A DNA stretch of 64,000 nucleotides from NCBI GenBank assembly GCA_021780815.1, contig JAJXYC010000015.1:273796-337795 (forward strand), given 5' to 3'. Below the pieces are notes generated by a model that was not told where the DNA came from, searched no databases, and was given only the letters and a program-made list of their open reading frames with translations. Positions 30,426 through 42,500 of the stretch are shown here, piece after piece. Each line of letters starts with the position of its first letter. The first letter of the stretch is position 1. This DNA is from Bacteroidota bacterium (lineage in GTDB: Bacteria > Bacteroidota > Ignavibacteria > Kapaibacteriales > UBA2268). The position numbers and the translations under genes are program-made.

Positions 30426-32057
30426 ATGCAATCTCTTTTATATAAAAATAATAAAATTGAAAATTTTGATAGCATTGCCCTTGTTAGTGAAAATTCTAAA
30501 ATAAAAACATCAAAAAGACCTTCTAAACATAAATTTAGAAAATTGTTCAAAAAAATTCATCGATATTTAGGATTTACTCTATCAATTTTAATTCTAAATT
30601 TCGCAATTTCAGGAATAATTCTTGAACATCGCAATTTTTTTTCAAAAGTTGATATTCCAAGAAAAATACTTCCAATAGGTTATCAATTTAGAAATTGGAA
30701 TAATGCGGCAATAAAAGGAAACATTCAATTACAACAAAATGCAAATTTAATTTATGGTGCAATTGGTATTTGGAAAGAAGAAAATGATAATTTCCAAGAT
30801 TTTAATCAAGGCTTTCCAAAAGGTACAGATAATTATAATATTCAATCTTTATATAAATCAAATCAAGGGAATTTATATGTAGGAACACTTTTCAATTTTT
30901 ATTTTTATAATCAAAACTCAAAGGTGTGGCAAAAAATTCAACTTCCCACAAAAGAGCAAAGAGTAGTAAAAATTCTTGAAAACAATGGGAAAATATATTT
31001 ACTCACTCGTTCCAACTTCATTACAATGAACGATAATATTGACCAGCCTAATTTCAAAATTGAGAAATTAAAAGCTCCGCTTGGTTATAAAAAACAAAAT
31101 AGTTTATTTCAACCATTATGGCAAATCCATAATGGTAGTCTGTTTGGTATTGCAGGAAGATTCTTTATGGATTTAATGGCACTTGTATTTATTTTTTTAG
31201 TTATTACGGGAATAATAAAATGGTATTTCCCTAAAACTTATAAAAAAATCGCCACCATTAATAAGAGTAAATTAATATCTCGCAAAAAATTAGTCTTACA
31301 ATCGTTGCATTGGCATAATAAAGTATCACTATGGACTATTGCTTTTTTAATAACTTCAACTTTAACCGGAATGTTTCTAAGACCTCCACTTTTAATTTTA
31401 ATCGCAGATTCAAAGGTCGCACAAATCAATGGTACAAATTTATCACAAAACAATGCTTGGTACGATAGGCTAAGAAACTTTGTTTTCTTTAATAATAAAA
31501 TTATCTTTGCAACTGATGAAGAAATGTATTCGGTAAATGAGGATTTCTCAACAAATCCTACTAAATTTAATGGTCATCCTCCAATAAGTGTTATGGGTGT
31601 GAACGTTTTAGAAAACAAAGATAATAATGGTATTTTAGTTGGTTCATTTACAGGATTATTTTTATGGTACCCTGAAACTAATCAAGTGTTTAACTATGTA
31701 ACAAAAGTTCCATATATTCCGTTAGAAACAAGTGGACCTCCTGTTGGAGATTTTAAAGTATCAGGGTTTGGCAAATTTGCTAATAATAAAGAATATTATT
31801 TTGATTACGATTTAGGGGCTGTTCCTTTAAATTCCGATAAATTTTATTATAAAATGCCTAATCAAATAATAAACGAATCAAAAATCTCAATTTGGAATTT
31901 AGCATTAGAATTTCATACTGCTCGAATTTTTCAAGCAATAATTGGAGATTTTTATATACTAATAATCCCACTTGGTGGACTTTTGATTTTCTTTACTTTA
32001 ATTTCGGGTTTAATTGTTTGGTTCTTGTTTTATTATGGTAAAAAACTAATAAAATAA
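30426..32057 (+). CDS. Membrane protein with N- and C-terminal TM segments and a large extracytoplasmic region (PepSY-associated-TM-like); function unknown
   Basis: The ORF is taken from the first plausible ATG (MQSLL). The TM pattern and His-containing TM helices support the call. Confidence 0.3.
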   Translation: MQSLLYKNNKIENFDSIALVSENSKIKTSKRPSKHKFRKLFKKIHRYLGFTLSILILNFAISGIILEHRNFFSKVDIPRKILPIGYQFRNWNNAAIKGNIQLQQNANLIYGAIGIWKEENDNFQDFNQGFPKGTDNYNIQSLYKSNQGNLYVGTLFNFYFYNQNSKVWQKIQLPTKEQRVVKILENNGKIYLLTRSNFITMNDNIDQPNFKIEKLKAPLGYKKQNSLFQPLWQIHNGSLFGIAGRFFMDLMALVFIFLVITGIIKWYFPKTYKKIATINKSKLISRKKLVLQSLHWHNKVSLWTIAFLITSTLTGMFLRPPLLILIADSKVAQINGTNLSQNNAWYDRLRNFVFFNNKIIFATDEEMYSVNEDFSTNPTKFNGHPPISVMGVNVLENKDNNGILVGSFTGLFLWYPETNQVFNYVTKVPYIPLETSGPPVGDFKVSGFGKFANNKEYYFDYDLGAVPLNSDKFYYKMPNQIINESKISIWNLALEFHTARIFQAIIGDFYILIIPLGGLLIFFTLISGLIVWFLFYYGKKLIK

Positions 32058-32073
32058 TAATAAATTAAATATT

Positions 32074-32544
32074 CTATTTTGCTTCTTTTACACTTTCTTG
32101 AAATAAATTGTACAGATCTTTGAAATCTTGATTGCCTTTATTTGCAAATTCAGGATTCCAAACTGCTCTGAAACGAATTCCCATATTATCATTTACAAAT
32201 TCATAATAATCGGATATATCGCTGGGAACATTTAATGCTTGTGCTTTTAATATGTTTTCTTTGGATTTAGAAATTAATTGGCAATATTTTTCAGCCGAAA
32301 TCTGACCAATATATTGTTTTTTGGCAACACTATTGTTATTTTCAACATATAAATAAATTTTACAATCAGTTCCAAGTTCATAATAAACATCACTACTATT
32401 TATTTTATTAAGTTCACCCCAACGCACAATAATATTTTTTTCACTTTTTGACAAACATTTTGGCGCTACCAACTTGGTAGAAGAACAATTAGTAAACAAA
32501 AAAAATAATAGTAAAGATAAAATTATTAAAAGCAAATTTTTCAT
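32074..32544 (-). CDS. Hypothetical lipoprotein
   Basis: The start is at an internal Met giving the lipobox MKNLLLIILSLLLFFLFTNC. The longer ORF-track extension would overlap the TonB receptor start. Confidence 0.45.
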   Translation of the reverse strand: MKNLLLIILSLLLFFLFTNCSSTKLVAPKCLSKSEKNIIVRWGELNKINSSDVYYELGTDCKIYLYVENNNSVAKKQYIGQISAEKYCQLISKSKENILKAQALNVPSDISDYYEFVNDNMGIRFRAVWNPEFANKGNQDFKDLYNLFQESVKEAK

Positions 32545-32725
32545 ATTTTTAGAGTTAATTTTGAAAGTATTAAACGAATTAAGTTTTAAATAATTGATTA
32601 ACAATTGTCTTTTACTGCTTAATAAAAAGCGAAAAATTAAATATTTTTTTATTGAGGGCGTCTCTAAAAATATATTTAACAAGACATAAATTAATATTTT
32701 GCAAAAACTAAAAAAATCGGAACAA

Positions 32726-35005
32726 ATGAAAAACATTATCCTTACTTTAATTTTTATTACTATACCAATTAGTTCTTTTTTATATGCTCAAAATAATGGT
32801 ATAATTGAAGGAAAAATTATAGATAAAAAAAGTGGACAACCTATTATAGGCGCAATAGTAAAAATAATTGGAACAGATATTGGAGCAATTGCAAATTCAA
32901 GAGGTGAATATAGAATAAAGAATTTACCAACAGGAATTTATACTTTACAATTTTCTACAATTGGTTTTGAAACCTTAACAGAAGCAAATATATCGGTAAC
33001 AAACGCAAGACCGACAATCATCAATGAAGAGATGATTGAAACTGTTATACAAGGGAAAGAAATCCAAGTTACTTCTTCTTATTTTAATAAAGATGTTGAA
33101 AATAGTCCGAGTACTCAATCATTAAATTCACAAGATATTCGTAGAGCACCAGGTGTTCAAGAAGATGTAATAAGAGCAACGCAGTTGCTTCCTGGTGTTG
33201 GAATTAGTTCAGCAGGAAGAAACGATTTAGTAGTTCGTGGTGGCGCTCCTTTTGAAAATTTATTTATAGTGGATAATATTGAAGTTCCAAATATTAATCA
33301 TTTTGGCTCACAAGGCTCAACAGGTGGTCCATTATCATTAATTAATATTGACTTTATTAAAAATGTAGAGTTCTCTTCTGGTGCATTTGCTGCAAATTAC
33401 GGAGATAAAACTTCTTCGGTTACCAAAATAACTTTAAGGAATGGGAATGATGCAATGTTTGGTGGACAAGCAAATTTATCGGCAACAGGTTTTGGATTAA
33501 ACTTTGAAGGACCAATTTCATCAAAGGGTTCTTACTGGTTTAGTGCAAGGAGAAGTTATCTTGATTTTATTTTTAAACTTGCCGGGCTTGCTTTTATTCC
33601 TCAATATTGGGATTTCGCCGAAAAAGTAAACTATAAAATTGATGAAAATAATACTTTGGATTTCTTAACTATTGGAGCATTGGATAATGTTCAACTTGAT
33701 AACTCTTCCTCTTCTGATTTATACAGCAATAGTCGAGTGGCTATTCCTAATTTAAAGCAGTATTTTTCTGGATTGACTTGGAAACACTTTGATGAAAATG
33801 GTTATTCTAATCTTACTCTTGGCGAAACTTTTAGTTTATTTAACACTTTTCAAAACGATTCATTAGGTGTTCGTGTTTTCAATAATGATTCCAAAGAAGC
33901 CGAAACATCTTTAAAATATGATTATTTTTGGCAATTAAGTAAAACCTCTAATTTGTCATTTGGTTCACAACTCAAATATGCAACTTCATTAAAATATAAT
34001 ATTACAATCCCAGGTAATTTACGTACTAATTTTGAAGGTCAATTTGAACCACTAAATATAGATACAAGTTATCACGCATTAAAATCTGGGACTTATATTA
34101 CATTTTCACAAGATATTGAAAGATTTTCATATACAATTGGCGGAAGATTTGATTATTATAATTTTATCAATAAAAAATTATATTTTTCACCAAGAGCATC
34201 AATTAATTATCAAATAAGTGAATTGACAAATTTAGGATTAAGTGCAGGAACATTTTATGAATCACCATCATATATTTGGATGATTGGAGACCCACAAAAC
34301 AGTAATTTAAATGCGTTCCAAGCAAATCAAGTAGTATTTTCTTATATATATAATCCACGTAATGATACAAAAATACAACTTGAATTTTATCAAAAGTGGT
34401 ACAAGGATTATCCGGCAAGGATTTTCAGACCTTATGCAGTTCTTTCCCCTAGTGGTTTTGACGATTTAACAAGTGATATTCCTTTTGGTCTAGAACCACT
34501 TTCCAGCTCAGGAATTGGATATTCACATGGAATTGAATTATTCATTCAAAAAAAATATAGCGAAATCCCAATTTACGGATTAATGAGTTTAACAATTAGC
34601 GATACCAAATTTAAATCCCTTCTCGGTGGTTATATAGAAGGAGCATATAATACCCCAATAATCTTTAATTTATCGGCAGGTTATAGAATTTCAAATTTAT
34701 GGGAAGTTAGTGGTAAATTTAGATATGCCTCTGGATTACCAACTACTCCATATCTTCAAACAGGTCAGCTTGATTTTACTAAATATAATCAAGGTGGACG
34801 TTTACCTGCTTTCCATTCCCTTGATTTAAGAGTTGATAAACGTTGGGCATTGTCTAATTTATCATTAATCACTTATATTGATGTTCAAAATGTATATGGC
34901 AGATTAAATGTTTCGGGAGTACGTTGGAATTACGAAACCAACAAACCTGAATATTTGCAATCTATCGGAGTTTTACCAAGTATAGGCATCAATTTTGAAT
35001 TTTAA
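32726..35005 (+). CDS. TonB-dependent outer-membrane receptor with N-terminal carboxypeptidase-regulatory-like domain
   Basis: The product has a signal peptide and a CarbopepD_reg-like segment (GIIEGKIIDKKSGQPIIGAIVKIIG...RGEYRIKNLPTGIYTL). The plug motif DVIRATQLLPGV is present and the C-terminal beta-barrel ends in NFEF. Confidence 0.8.
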   Translation: MKNIILTLIFITIPISSFLYAQNNGIIEGKIIDKKSGQPIIGAIVKIIGTDIGAIANSRGEYRIKNLPTGIYTLQFSTIGFETLTEANISVTNARPTIINEEMIETVIQGKEIQVTSSYFNKDVENSPSTQSLNSQDIRRAPGVQEDVIRATQLLPGVGISSAGRNDLVVRGGAPFENLFIVDNIEVPNINHFGSQGSTGGPLSLINIDFIKNVEFSSGAFAANYGDKTSSVTKITLRNGNDAMFGGQANLSATGFGLNFEGPISSKGSYWFSARRSYLDFIFKLAGLAFIPQYWDFAEKVNYKIDENNTLDFLTIGALDNVQLDNSSSSDLYSNSRVAIPNLKQYFSGLTWKHFDENGYSNLTLGETFSLFNTFQNDSLGVRVFNNDSKEAETSLKYDYFWQLSKTSNLSFGSQLKYATSLKYNITIPGNLRTNFEGQFEPLNIDTSYHALKSGTYITFSQDIERFSYTIGGRFDYYNFINKKLYFSPRASINYQISELTNLGLSAGTFYESPSYIWMIGDPQNSNLNAFQANQVVFSYIYNPRNDTKIQLEFYQKWYKDYPARIFRPYAVLSPSGFDDLTSDIPFGLEPLSSSGIGYSHGIELFIQKKYSEIPIYGLMSLTISDTKFKSLLGGYIEGAYNTPIIFNLSAGYRISNLWEVSGKFRYASGLPTTPYLQTGQLDFTKYNQGGRLPAFHSLDLRVDKRWALSNLSLITYIDVQNVYGRLNVSGVRWNYETNKPEYLQSIGVLPSIGINFEF

Positions 35006-35071
35006 TTCTTTCAAAGATATAAATTTATTATCCCAAAATTCGTCTAAAATTTATTTATCAATACGGATTTT

Positions 35072-36388
35072 ATGGAAACAATACCTAATATACCTCTTTG
35101 GACTTCTATCCCGTTTGTTTTAATGTTAGCCTCAATTGCAATATTACCGATTGTTGCAGAAAAGTTCTGGGAACATAATAAAAACAAATTAATTGTTTCT
35201 TTAATATTAGGCGTTCCTATAGTATTTTATTTGATATTCAATGGAATGTCAGTGGAACTTGAACATTCTCTACTTTTTGATTATTTGCCATTTGTAATTT
35301 TGCTTGGCTCTTTATTTGTAATAACAGGTGGAATTTTTGTTGATGGAGATATTCAATCTACACCAAAGAACAATACAATCTTACTCGCCATAGCATCAGT
35401 TCTCGCTTCACTTATGGGAACAACTGGTGCGGCTATGTTGCTTATCAGACCACTTTTAAAAATTAATTCTGAAAGAAAATTAAAAACTCATACAATCTTG
35501 TTTTTTATTGCTATTGCCGCAAATACAGGTGGTTTATTAACCCCAATTGGAGATCCACCTTTATTTATACTTTATTTACGTGGAGTCCATTTTACTTGGT
35601 TCCTTCATTTGTTACCTGAATGGTTTGTAACAAACGGTTTACTGTTACTGATTTATTATATTTTCGATACTTTTCAATATAAAAAAGAGAAAACAGAAGA
35701 TATTGCCTTCGATATGACAAATATACAGCCTATCAAAATCTACGGTAAATTAAATTTCTTATGGTTACTTGGAGTAATTCTTTCCGTTGCTTTAATCAAT
35801 GATAATATAATCCCATCTTTAAAAAGTTCGCCTTACATCTCTTTTATTCGTGAATTTGTTATATTAATATTGCTATTATTATCGCTTACCTTTACAAAAA
35901 AGGAAGTTCGCAAATCAAATAAATTCACTTGGCAACCAATAACCGAAGTAGCCTATTTATTTTTAGGAATATTTATTACAATGGTACCAGTAATAATATA
36001 TTTGGAAGCAAATGCAATTTCATTAGGTGTAACAAGTTCTATTCAATATTATTATGCTGCAGGTGCTTTAAGTTCGTTTTTAGATAATACCCCAACAGCA
36101 GTAACATTTTATTCGCTTGCATTAGGTTTGGTGCATCAAGAACCACAAATATTTGCAAATGTTCCTATGGTTGCAGGAATACCTGCTAATATTCTTTCCG
36201 CAATTGCAACAGGCGCTGTTATGTTTGGTTCTATAACTTATATCGGAAATGGACCTAATTTTATGGTAAAATCAATTGCCGAAGAACAGAAAATACCTAT
36301 GCCGCATTTCTTTGCTTATATGTTAAAATTTTCTTTAATTGTGCTGTTACCAATTTTTATTTTAGTTCAATTGATTTTTATTCATTAA
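35072..36388 (+). CDS. ArsB/NhaD-superfamily permease (putative Na+/H+ antiporter NhaD-like)
   Basis: The product has about 12 predicted TM helices. The motif GGLLTPIGDPPLF is typical of the ArsB/NhaD family. Confidence 0.55.
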   Translation: METIPNIPLWTSIPFVLMLASIAILPIVAEKFWEHNKNKLIVSLILGVPIVFYLIFNGMSVELEHSLLFDYLPFVILLGSLFVITGGIFVDGDIQSTPKNNTILLAIASVLASLMGTTGAAMLLIRPLLKINSERKLKTHTILFFIAIAANTGGLLTPIGDPPLFILYLRGVHFTWFLHLLPEWFVTNGLLLLIYYIFDTFQYKKEKTEDIAFDMTNIQPIKIYGKLNFLWLLGVILSVALINDNIIPSLKSSPYISFIREFVILILLLLSLTFTKKEVRKSNKFTWQPITEVAYLFLGIFITMVPVIIYLEANAISLGVTSSIQYYYAAGALSSFLDNTPTAVTFYSLALGLVHQEPQIFANVPMVAGIPANILSAIATGAVMFGSITYIGNGPNFMVKSIAEEQKIPMPHFFAYMLKFSLIVLLPIFILVQLIFIH

Positions 36389-36452
36389 AATTAAGCACAT
36401 TTATATAAGAATATCTGCAGAATATTCGTTTAATTACTTTACTTGTATTTAA

Positions 36453-38516
36453 TTAAACTACTTCGTTTTTCATTACTCTTTGAACCACAAGTTCAGCTAT
36501 TGCTGTTATTAACGCTAATATTATTAATACTTGCCAAAGTTCAGAGCCTGTTCTTACTTTCTCAATTCTCTTATTCAAAGAGGTAAAATCGTCGATAAAC
36601 GAAACATTGACACTGCTACCAAATTTCTTTTGAAGTAAAGATACAATTTTATCATTGTCTATTGGTTGCAAATCAGATTCAAATTTAGATAAATTAGCTG
36701 ATACAATAGCAACAGGTTCATTAGAAACATTGTAAATAATATAGTTACCAGGCAAAATAAAATCTTTTAAACTTATGATTACTCCGCTTGGCAAATATGG
36801 AGCATATAGATAAAATTCATTTCCTTTCGGATCAACAACTTTGAAATTTGAACCTTTGGCAAATCTTTCAGGTATTATAATCTGAGCATTCTGTCCGATC
36901 ACCACATCTTTTGATAATTCTGGTAACATAGACAGATACAGAATACTACGGTAAATAATCACAGGAAACAATGTAGAAGTAGGCAAATTACTCCATTTCG
37001 TATCAGGGAAAACCCCTAAAAAAATCATTTTCCCACTTCCTATATTTTGTTCCGAAAGCAAAACACCGTCTGTCGTCTCAATAATTGGAATTCCTTTATT
37101 TACAACTGCAAACTGATTAATTTTAATATTGTCCGGTGAATTCTCTTCTGATTTATTTAAAAATACACCTTCAAAAAGAGTATTATTCTTGTTTATTTTA
37201 GTAATCACTGCGTTTGTTCCAAATTTGAAATTTAAATTTAGATTATTAATTTTTTGGAAAATAGCAGAGTTATTTTTTAATTCATCAGTTGGGAAAAACA
37301 AGGCTTTTCCTCCGATAGATAGATATTTATTAAGTTTATCCATTGATAAATTTGTATATGAAGCAACTATAATTGCATCATATTTTTGAATATCTTGATT
37401 GTTGAAATCATTTGGCGAAAACACATCAGTTTCACAATATGAATTAGGGTTATTATAAAGCAAAGCGGTAAGAAGAAAAGGATTTTTCTCATCTTCAATT
37501 AAAGCAACTTTTGGCTTTTTAGGAATAATAATTCCAAAATACCTTGTATTATCTTCAATTAAAGCATCACTTTGCAATTCCACTTTTCCATTAATTATCT
37601 TTTCATCACTTAAATTTGTTGAAAGTTCAATTGCTTTATCAGAAGCTTTGCTAATATCAAATGAATGTTGAGCAACTTTTTCATTACCAAATGATAAAGA
37701 AATAGAGGACTCAGCTTGCTCGGATTTAGAGTGGTTGTGAACTATTGCATTTAATAAAATTGGTTTATTTGGTTGGAATATATGCGTAATAAAATTCAAA
37801 GAATCAACAGATAAATTTTTCAATGTAACTTTGGAGTTAGCCCCAATTGCTAAAAAATAAAACGCTGGTCTTATCTTTTGAACTTTTGATGAATCAAAAT
37901 TATGGAAATTAATTGATTGATTATCAGAAATTATATATATTTCTTTATTGATATTTTTTGAATTTTCAAAAAGAGAAAAACATAAATTTAATGATTGAGA
38001 AATGTTTGCAACGGAATAAGAGATTTGAATTTTATTCACTTGTTCACTTAAAGAACGCAAATCACCAGTAAATTGATAATCTTCCAGTTTTTTATTGCTT
38101 GCCATATCAATTATAATTACTTCATCCCCTGAATGAATTTGGTCAAGTAATTTTTTGGCAACTCTTTTAGCTAAATTAAATCTATTACCATATTCATCGG
38201 AATAATTCATACTTGGGCTATTATCAACCAAAATAATTGCACTTGTTTTAGCATATTTTGTAAGACCAGGTAAGGTGCCTTTTATTACTGGACGAGCAAA
38301 TGCCAACACTATAAAAATAATTAACAATGTCCGTAAAATCAATAATAACAATTGTCTTAATTTTACTTTTCTGATTTGAGAGCGTTGCAGCTCTTTTAAA
38401 AATTTCAAGGTTGAAAATTCTAATTTTTTTACACGTCTTAAATTAAGAAAATGTAAAATAATAGGGATACTTGCGGCAATTAAACCAAATAATACTAATG
38501 GATTTAAAAAAATCAT
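36453..38516 (-). CDS. BatA-like protein: N-terminal double-TM domain plus von Willebrand factor A domain, long C-terminal extension
   Basis: MIFLNPLVLFGLIAASIPIILHFLNLRRVKKLEFSTLKFL matches the TIGR02226-type N-terminal domain. The vWA MIDAS-like sequence IILVDNSPSM follows. Confidence 0.6.
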   Translation of the reverse strand: MIFLNPLVLFGLIAASIPIILHFLNLRRVKKLEFSTLKFLKELQRSQIRKVKLRQLLLLILRTLLIIFIVLAFARPVIKGTLPGLTKYAKTSAIILVDNSPSMNYSDEYGNRFNLAKRVAKKLLDQIHSGDEVIIIDMASNKKLEDYQFTGDLRSLSEQVNKIQISYSVANISQSLNLCFSLFENSKNINKEIYIISDNQSINFHNFDSSKVQKIRPAFYFLAIGANSKVTLKNLSVDSLNFITHIFQPNKPILLNAIVHNHSKSEQAESSISLSFGNEKVAQHSFDISKASDKAIELSTNLSDEKIINGKVELQSDALIEDNTRYFGIIIPKKPKVALIEDEKNPFLLTALLYNNPNSYCETDVFSPNDFNNQDIQKYDAIIVASYTNLSMDKLNKYLSIGGKALFFPTDELKNNSAIFQKINNLNLNFKFGTNAVITKINKNNTLFEGVFLNKSEENSPDNIKINQFAVVNKGIPIIETTDGVLLSEQNIGSGKMIFLGVFPDTKWSNLPTSTLFPVIIYRSILYLSMLPELSKDVVIGQNAQIIIPERFAKGSNFKVVDPKGNEFYLYAPYLPSGVIISLKDFILPGNYIIYNVSNEPVAIVSANLSKFESDLQPIDNDKIVSLLQKKFGSSVNVSFIDDFTSLNKRIEKVRTGSELWQVLIILALITAIAELVVQRVMKNEVV

Positions 38517-38618
38517 TGTGCTGTTTTTATTGTAAATAAATAAATATGACGAAATACAATAAATATTCTTAATATATTGAGTTTTTTTTTATTAAATTTG
38601 TGAAAATAATAAATTTTT

Positions 38619-39464
38619 ATGCCAAAAATTCAAATAGAAATATTAGAAAAACTTTATGAAATTGCTTATAGTCTAGCAAAACAATTAAAAGAAAATCCTG
38701 AATTTGTAATTTCAAGCGGCTCTGGATTTTCGGGAGTATGGGACAAATTCAATATTCTCCAAAGAATCAGTTTTAATGAGATTAATTCAATGCCAACTGT
38801 CAATGTTGAAGGTCATGGCAACGAAATTGTGGTTATACAACATTCAGGGAAAATCGGTTTGGTCTTTACAGGTCGTTTCCATCTTTATGAAGATTATTCC
38901 ATAGAAGAAATACTTATTCCTATCATTATTCCTTGCTTATTTGGAGTAAAAAATTTCATACTGTTCAATGCAGCCGGGGGATTAAATCCTAAATTCAATG
39001 TTGGCGATATTATGATTATTGAGGATATTATTAATTTTACTTCTAAAAAAATACAAAATATTTTTAATAGTTCTTTTCTTACTGATAAGGATTTTAGTTG
39101 CGATATTTTTGCAAAACAATGGATTAGTAGGACAGAAGTAATGCTGTCTGAAAATAAAATTTCTTATCACAAAGGAACATATATTGAAGTTACAGGACCA
39201 ACTTACGAAACACGAGCAGAAGTTAAGATGTTCCGTACTTTTGGTGGTGATGCAATTGGTATGTCCACCGCTCTGGAATCTATCGCCGCTTCTTTGCTTA
39301 AAACAAATGTCCTTGCCTTTTCTATTATTACCAATCAATTAAAAGAGGTTAAAAAAAATGGCATTTCTCATCAAGAAGTTTTGAACGCTGTATTATCAAA
39401 ACAAAGTGATATTGAGAAAATTATTGATTTTGCAATCCAATCAATAGATTTAAGTTATATGTAA
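38619..39464 (+). CDS. Purine nucleoside phosphorylase (PNP/MTAP family)
   Basis: GRFHLYEDY and GPTYETRAEVKMFRTFGGDAIGMSTA are canonical PNP family motifs. Confidence 0.8.
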   Translation: MPKIQIEILEKLYEIAYSLAKQLKENPEFVISSGSGFSGVWDKFNILQRISFNEINSMPTVNVEGHGNEIVVIQHSGKIGLVFTGRFHLYEDYSIEEILIPIIIPCLFGVKNFILFNAAGGLNPKFNVGDIMIIEDIINFTSKKIQNIFNSSFLTDKDFSCDIFAKQWISRTEVMLSENKISYHKGTYIEVTGPTYETRAEVKMFRTFGGDAIGMSTALESIAASLLKTNVLAFSIITNQLKEVKKNGISHQEVLNAVLSKQSDIEKIIDFAIQSIDLSYM

Positions 39465-39545
39465 TTATCAGTTCATATTAAATTATGAATAATAATTCAA
39501 ATATTTTATTAATGAAATACGTTTTTAAAATAAAGCGAGGACAAA

Positions 39546-42500
39546 ATGTTTATAATACAAATCATTTATAATATCGGGTTTTTAATCTCACTAAGCATTT
39601 TGTCAATTTTTTTAGATAAAAAATTTGATAAAAACACATATTTAGGACAAATCATACAAGGAACATTATTTGGTCTTGTTACAGTATTCGGTATGATGAA
39701 TCCTTTTATATTATCTCAGGGAGTAATTTTTGATGGTAGAACAATTGTATTAAGTCTGGTATCTTTGTTTTTTGGAGGTTTTGCTGGGATAATTGCCGGA
39801 GCAATAGCATTAATTTATCGTCTTATCATCGGTGGTGCAGGTCTTTATATGGGAATATGGAACATAGTCGTTCCTGTGTTTGTTGGGTGGCTATATTTTA
39901 AGATTTTAAAAAAGCAATCAAAAAAGATTAATGAAGGAAGACTTTATTTAATGGGACTTATAGTACATATCCTTTTCATTCTTTCAATTATTTTATTGCC
40001 ATCTAATTTTTCTCACCTTGTATTTGTTACTGTTATCTTCACTGTTTTCGTGGTTTACCCAATTGGAACTGTAATTATAGGAAAAATATTATTAGTCGAA
40101 CAAGAAAATTATAGCTTTATCAAATATTTAAAAAATGAAAAAGATAATTTAGCAATTACCATTAATTCCATTGGCGATGGTGTAATAGCAACAGACTATG
40201 ATGGCAATGTTGTGTTAATGAATCCAGTTGCAGAAAAATTAACAGGTTGGAAATTAAATGAAGCTTTTGGCAAACCTTTATCTTCAATTTTTAATATAAT
40301 TAATGCCCTTACACGTAAAGCAGTTGAAAACCCTGTTAATAGAGTTGTTCAAACAGGTAAAATCATTGGTCTTGCTAATCATACTGTCCTGATTAATAAA
40401 AATGGAACAGAGTTTCAAATTGCAGATAGCGCATCTCCAATAATTGATAATTCAGGTAGTATTAATGGTATTGTACTCGTTTTTTCTGATGTTACCGATA
40501 AATATATTATACAAGAAAAACTAAAAGAAAGTGAAGTTGTTTTTAGACGATTGTTCGAAGCATCTGTTGACCCGATTTTACTTTTAAATGATATCGGTTT
40601 TATTGATTGTAATGAGGCAACATTAAAATTACTTGGATACGAAAATAAAAGCGATTTTTTAAATAAACAACCTTGGGAAATTTCTCCTGAACTTCAACCT
40701 GATGGAACTCCTTCTTTCGATAAAGCAATTCAAATGATTCGCAAAGCTATTGATGAAGGATATAATATATTTGAGTGGGTACATAATAAAAAAAATGGCA
40801 ACGAAGTTATTGTTGATGTTATGCTCACCCCTATTATTCTTGATGGCAATCAACTTTTTTACACCACTTGGCGTGATATTACTAATAGAAAAAAAACAGA
40901 AATCGAATTACGAGAAAGTGAACAAAAATTCCGTGATATTTTTGAAAAGCATTCAGCAATAGAATTTCTCATCGAAGCCGATACGGGAAATATTGTTGAT
41001 GTGAATGAATCTGCAATTAAATTTTATGGATATACTTACGAGCAATTTTTAAAAATGAATATCACTGATATAAACATATTACATCAGGAACAGATCCACT
41101 CAAAAATGGATTTAGTACAAAAAGGACAAAAAAATAATTTTGAATTTAAGCATAGATTAGCAAATGGGAAAATTATTGATGTACAGGTATTTTCTTCAAC
41201 AATTAAAATAAAAGATAAAAATTATTTACATTCAATAATTACTAATATATCAGATAGAAAAGAAGCTGAAAAAAATTTAAAATTGCTTCATCAAGCAGTA
41301 GAACAAAGTCCAATTATTATTGTCATCACAGATGTTGATGGGAAAATTCAATATGTAAATCCCAAATTTACTGAAATTACCGGTTATACTTTTGAAGAAG
41401 CTTTTGGACAAAAACCAAATGTATTAAAATCAGGAATTTATACAACAGAATTTTATGAAGATTTATGGAGAACAATTCTTTCAGGAAATATATGGCAAAA
41501 AGAATTAATGAATAAGAAAAAAGATGGAACTTCTTATTGGGAAAATGTTTTAATTTCCCCTATTTTAGATGAAGAAAATAATATTGTGAATTTTATAAAA
41601 ATTGGAGAAGATGTAACCGAAAAGAAAAAAATTATTGAAGAAGTAATTTTTGCCAAACAAAAAGCAGAAGAAAGTGAAAGATTAAAAACTGCTTTTCTAC
41701 AGAATATGTCACACGAAATTCGCACCCCACTTAATGGAATTATAGGTTTTGCAAATTTATTGAATCAAAAAGATTTGTCTTCAAAAGATATTTATGAATT
41801 TACTTCAATTATCCAAACAAGTTCCAAAAGATTGTTAGAAATTGTAAACAATGTATTAGATATGTCAAAAATCCAAACAGGACAAATAAAAATCAATGAA
41901 ACAACCTTTTCTTTAAATTCATTACTTCATACACTGTTTAGTTTATTTCAATTAATTGCCGAAGGAAAAGGAATAAAATTAAAGTTTTCTACCTATCTTG
42001 CCGATACTTTAAGCAGAATAATTTCAGATGAAACGAAAATTCATCAAATTTTGTCAAACTTAATCAATAACGCAATTAAATTTACAAAAAAAGGCGAAGT
42101 AGAATTTGGTTATGAGATAAAGGAACACAATATACAATTTTACGTAAAGGATACTGGTATTGGCATACCACCCGAAATGCAAGAAAAAATATTTGAAAGA
42201 TTTGTACAAGCAGAAATGGGAGTAACACGTGAATTTGAGGGAGCAGGACTCGGTCTTTCAATATGCAAAGGTCTTGTTGAAATTTTAGGTGGAAAAATTT
42301 GGCTTGAATCGGAGCTTAATAAAGGTACTACTATTTATTTTACTTTGCCTTATAAAACAGATAATGGAAATAACGAAATAAAAAATATATCGGAGCAAAC
42401 TACTATGGACAAATTATCAAAAACAGTTCTAATTGTAGAAGATGATTTTACAAGCTATTTGTATTTAAGAATTATATTAGAAGATATGGGCATTAATTCG

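Noticed and set aside
32545-32736. A long N-terminal extension of the minus-strand ORF 32074..32736
   Set aside because: The extension would overlap the TonB-dependent receptor start. An internal Met gives a clean lipoprotein signal peptide. The extension is low-complexity.
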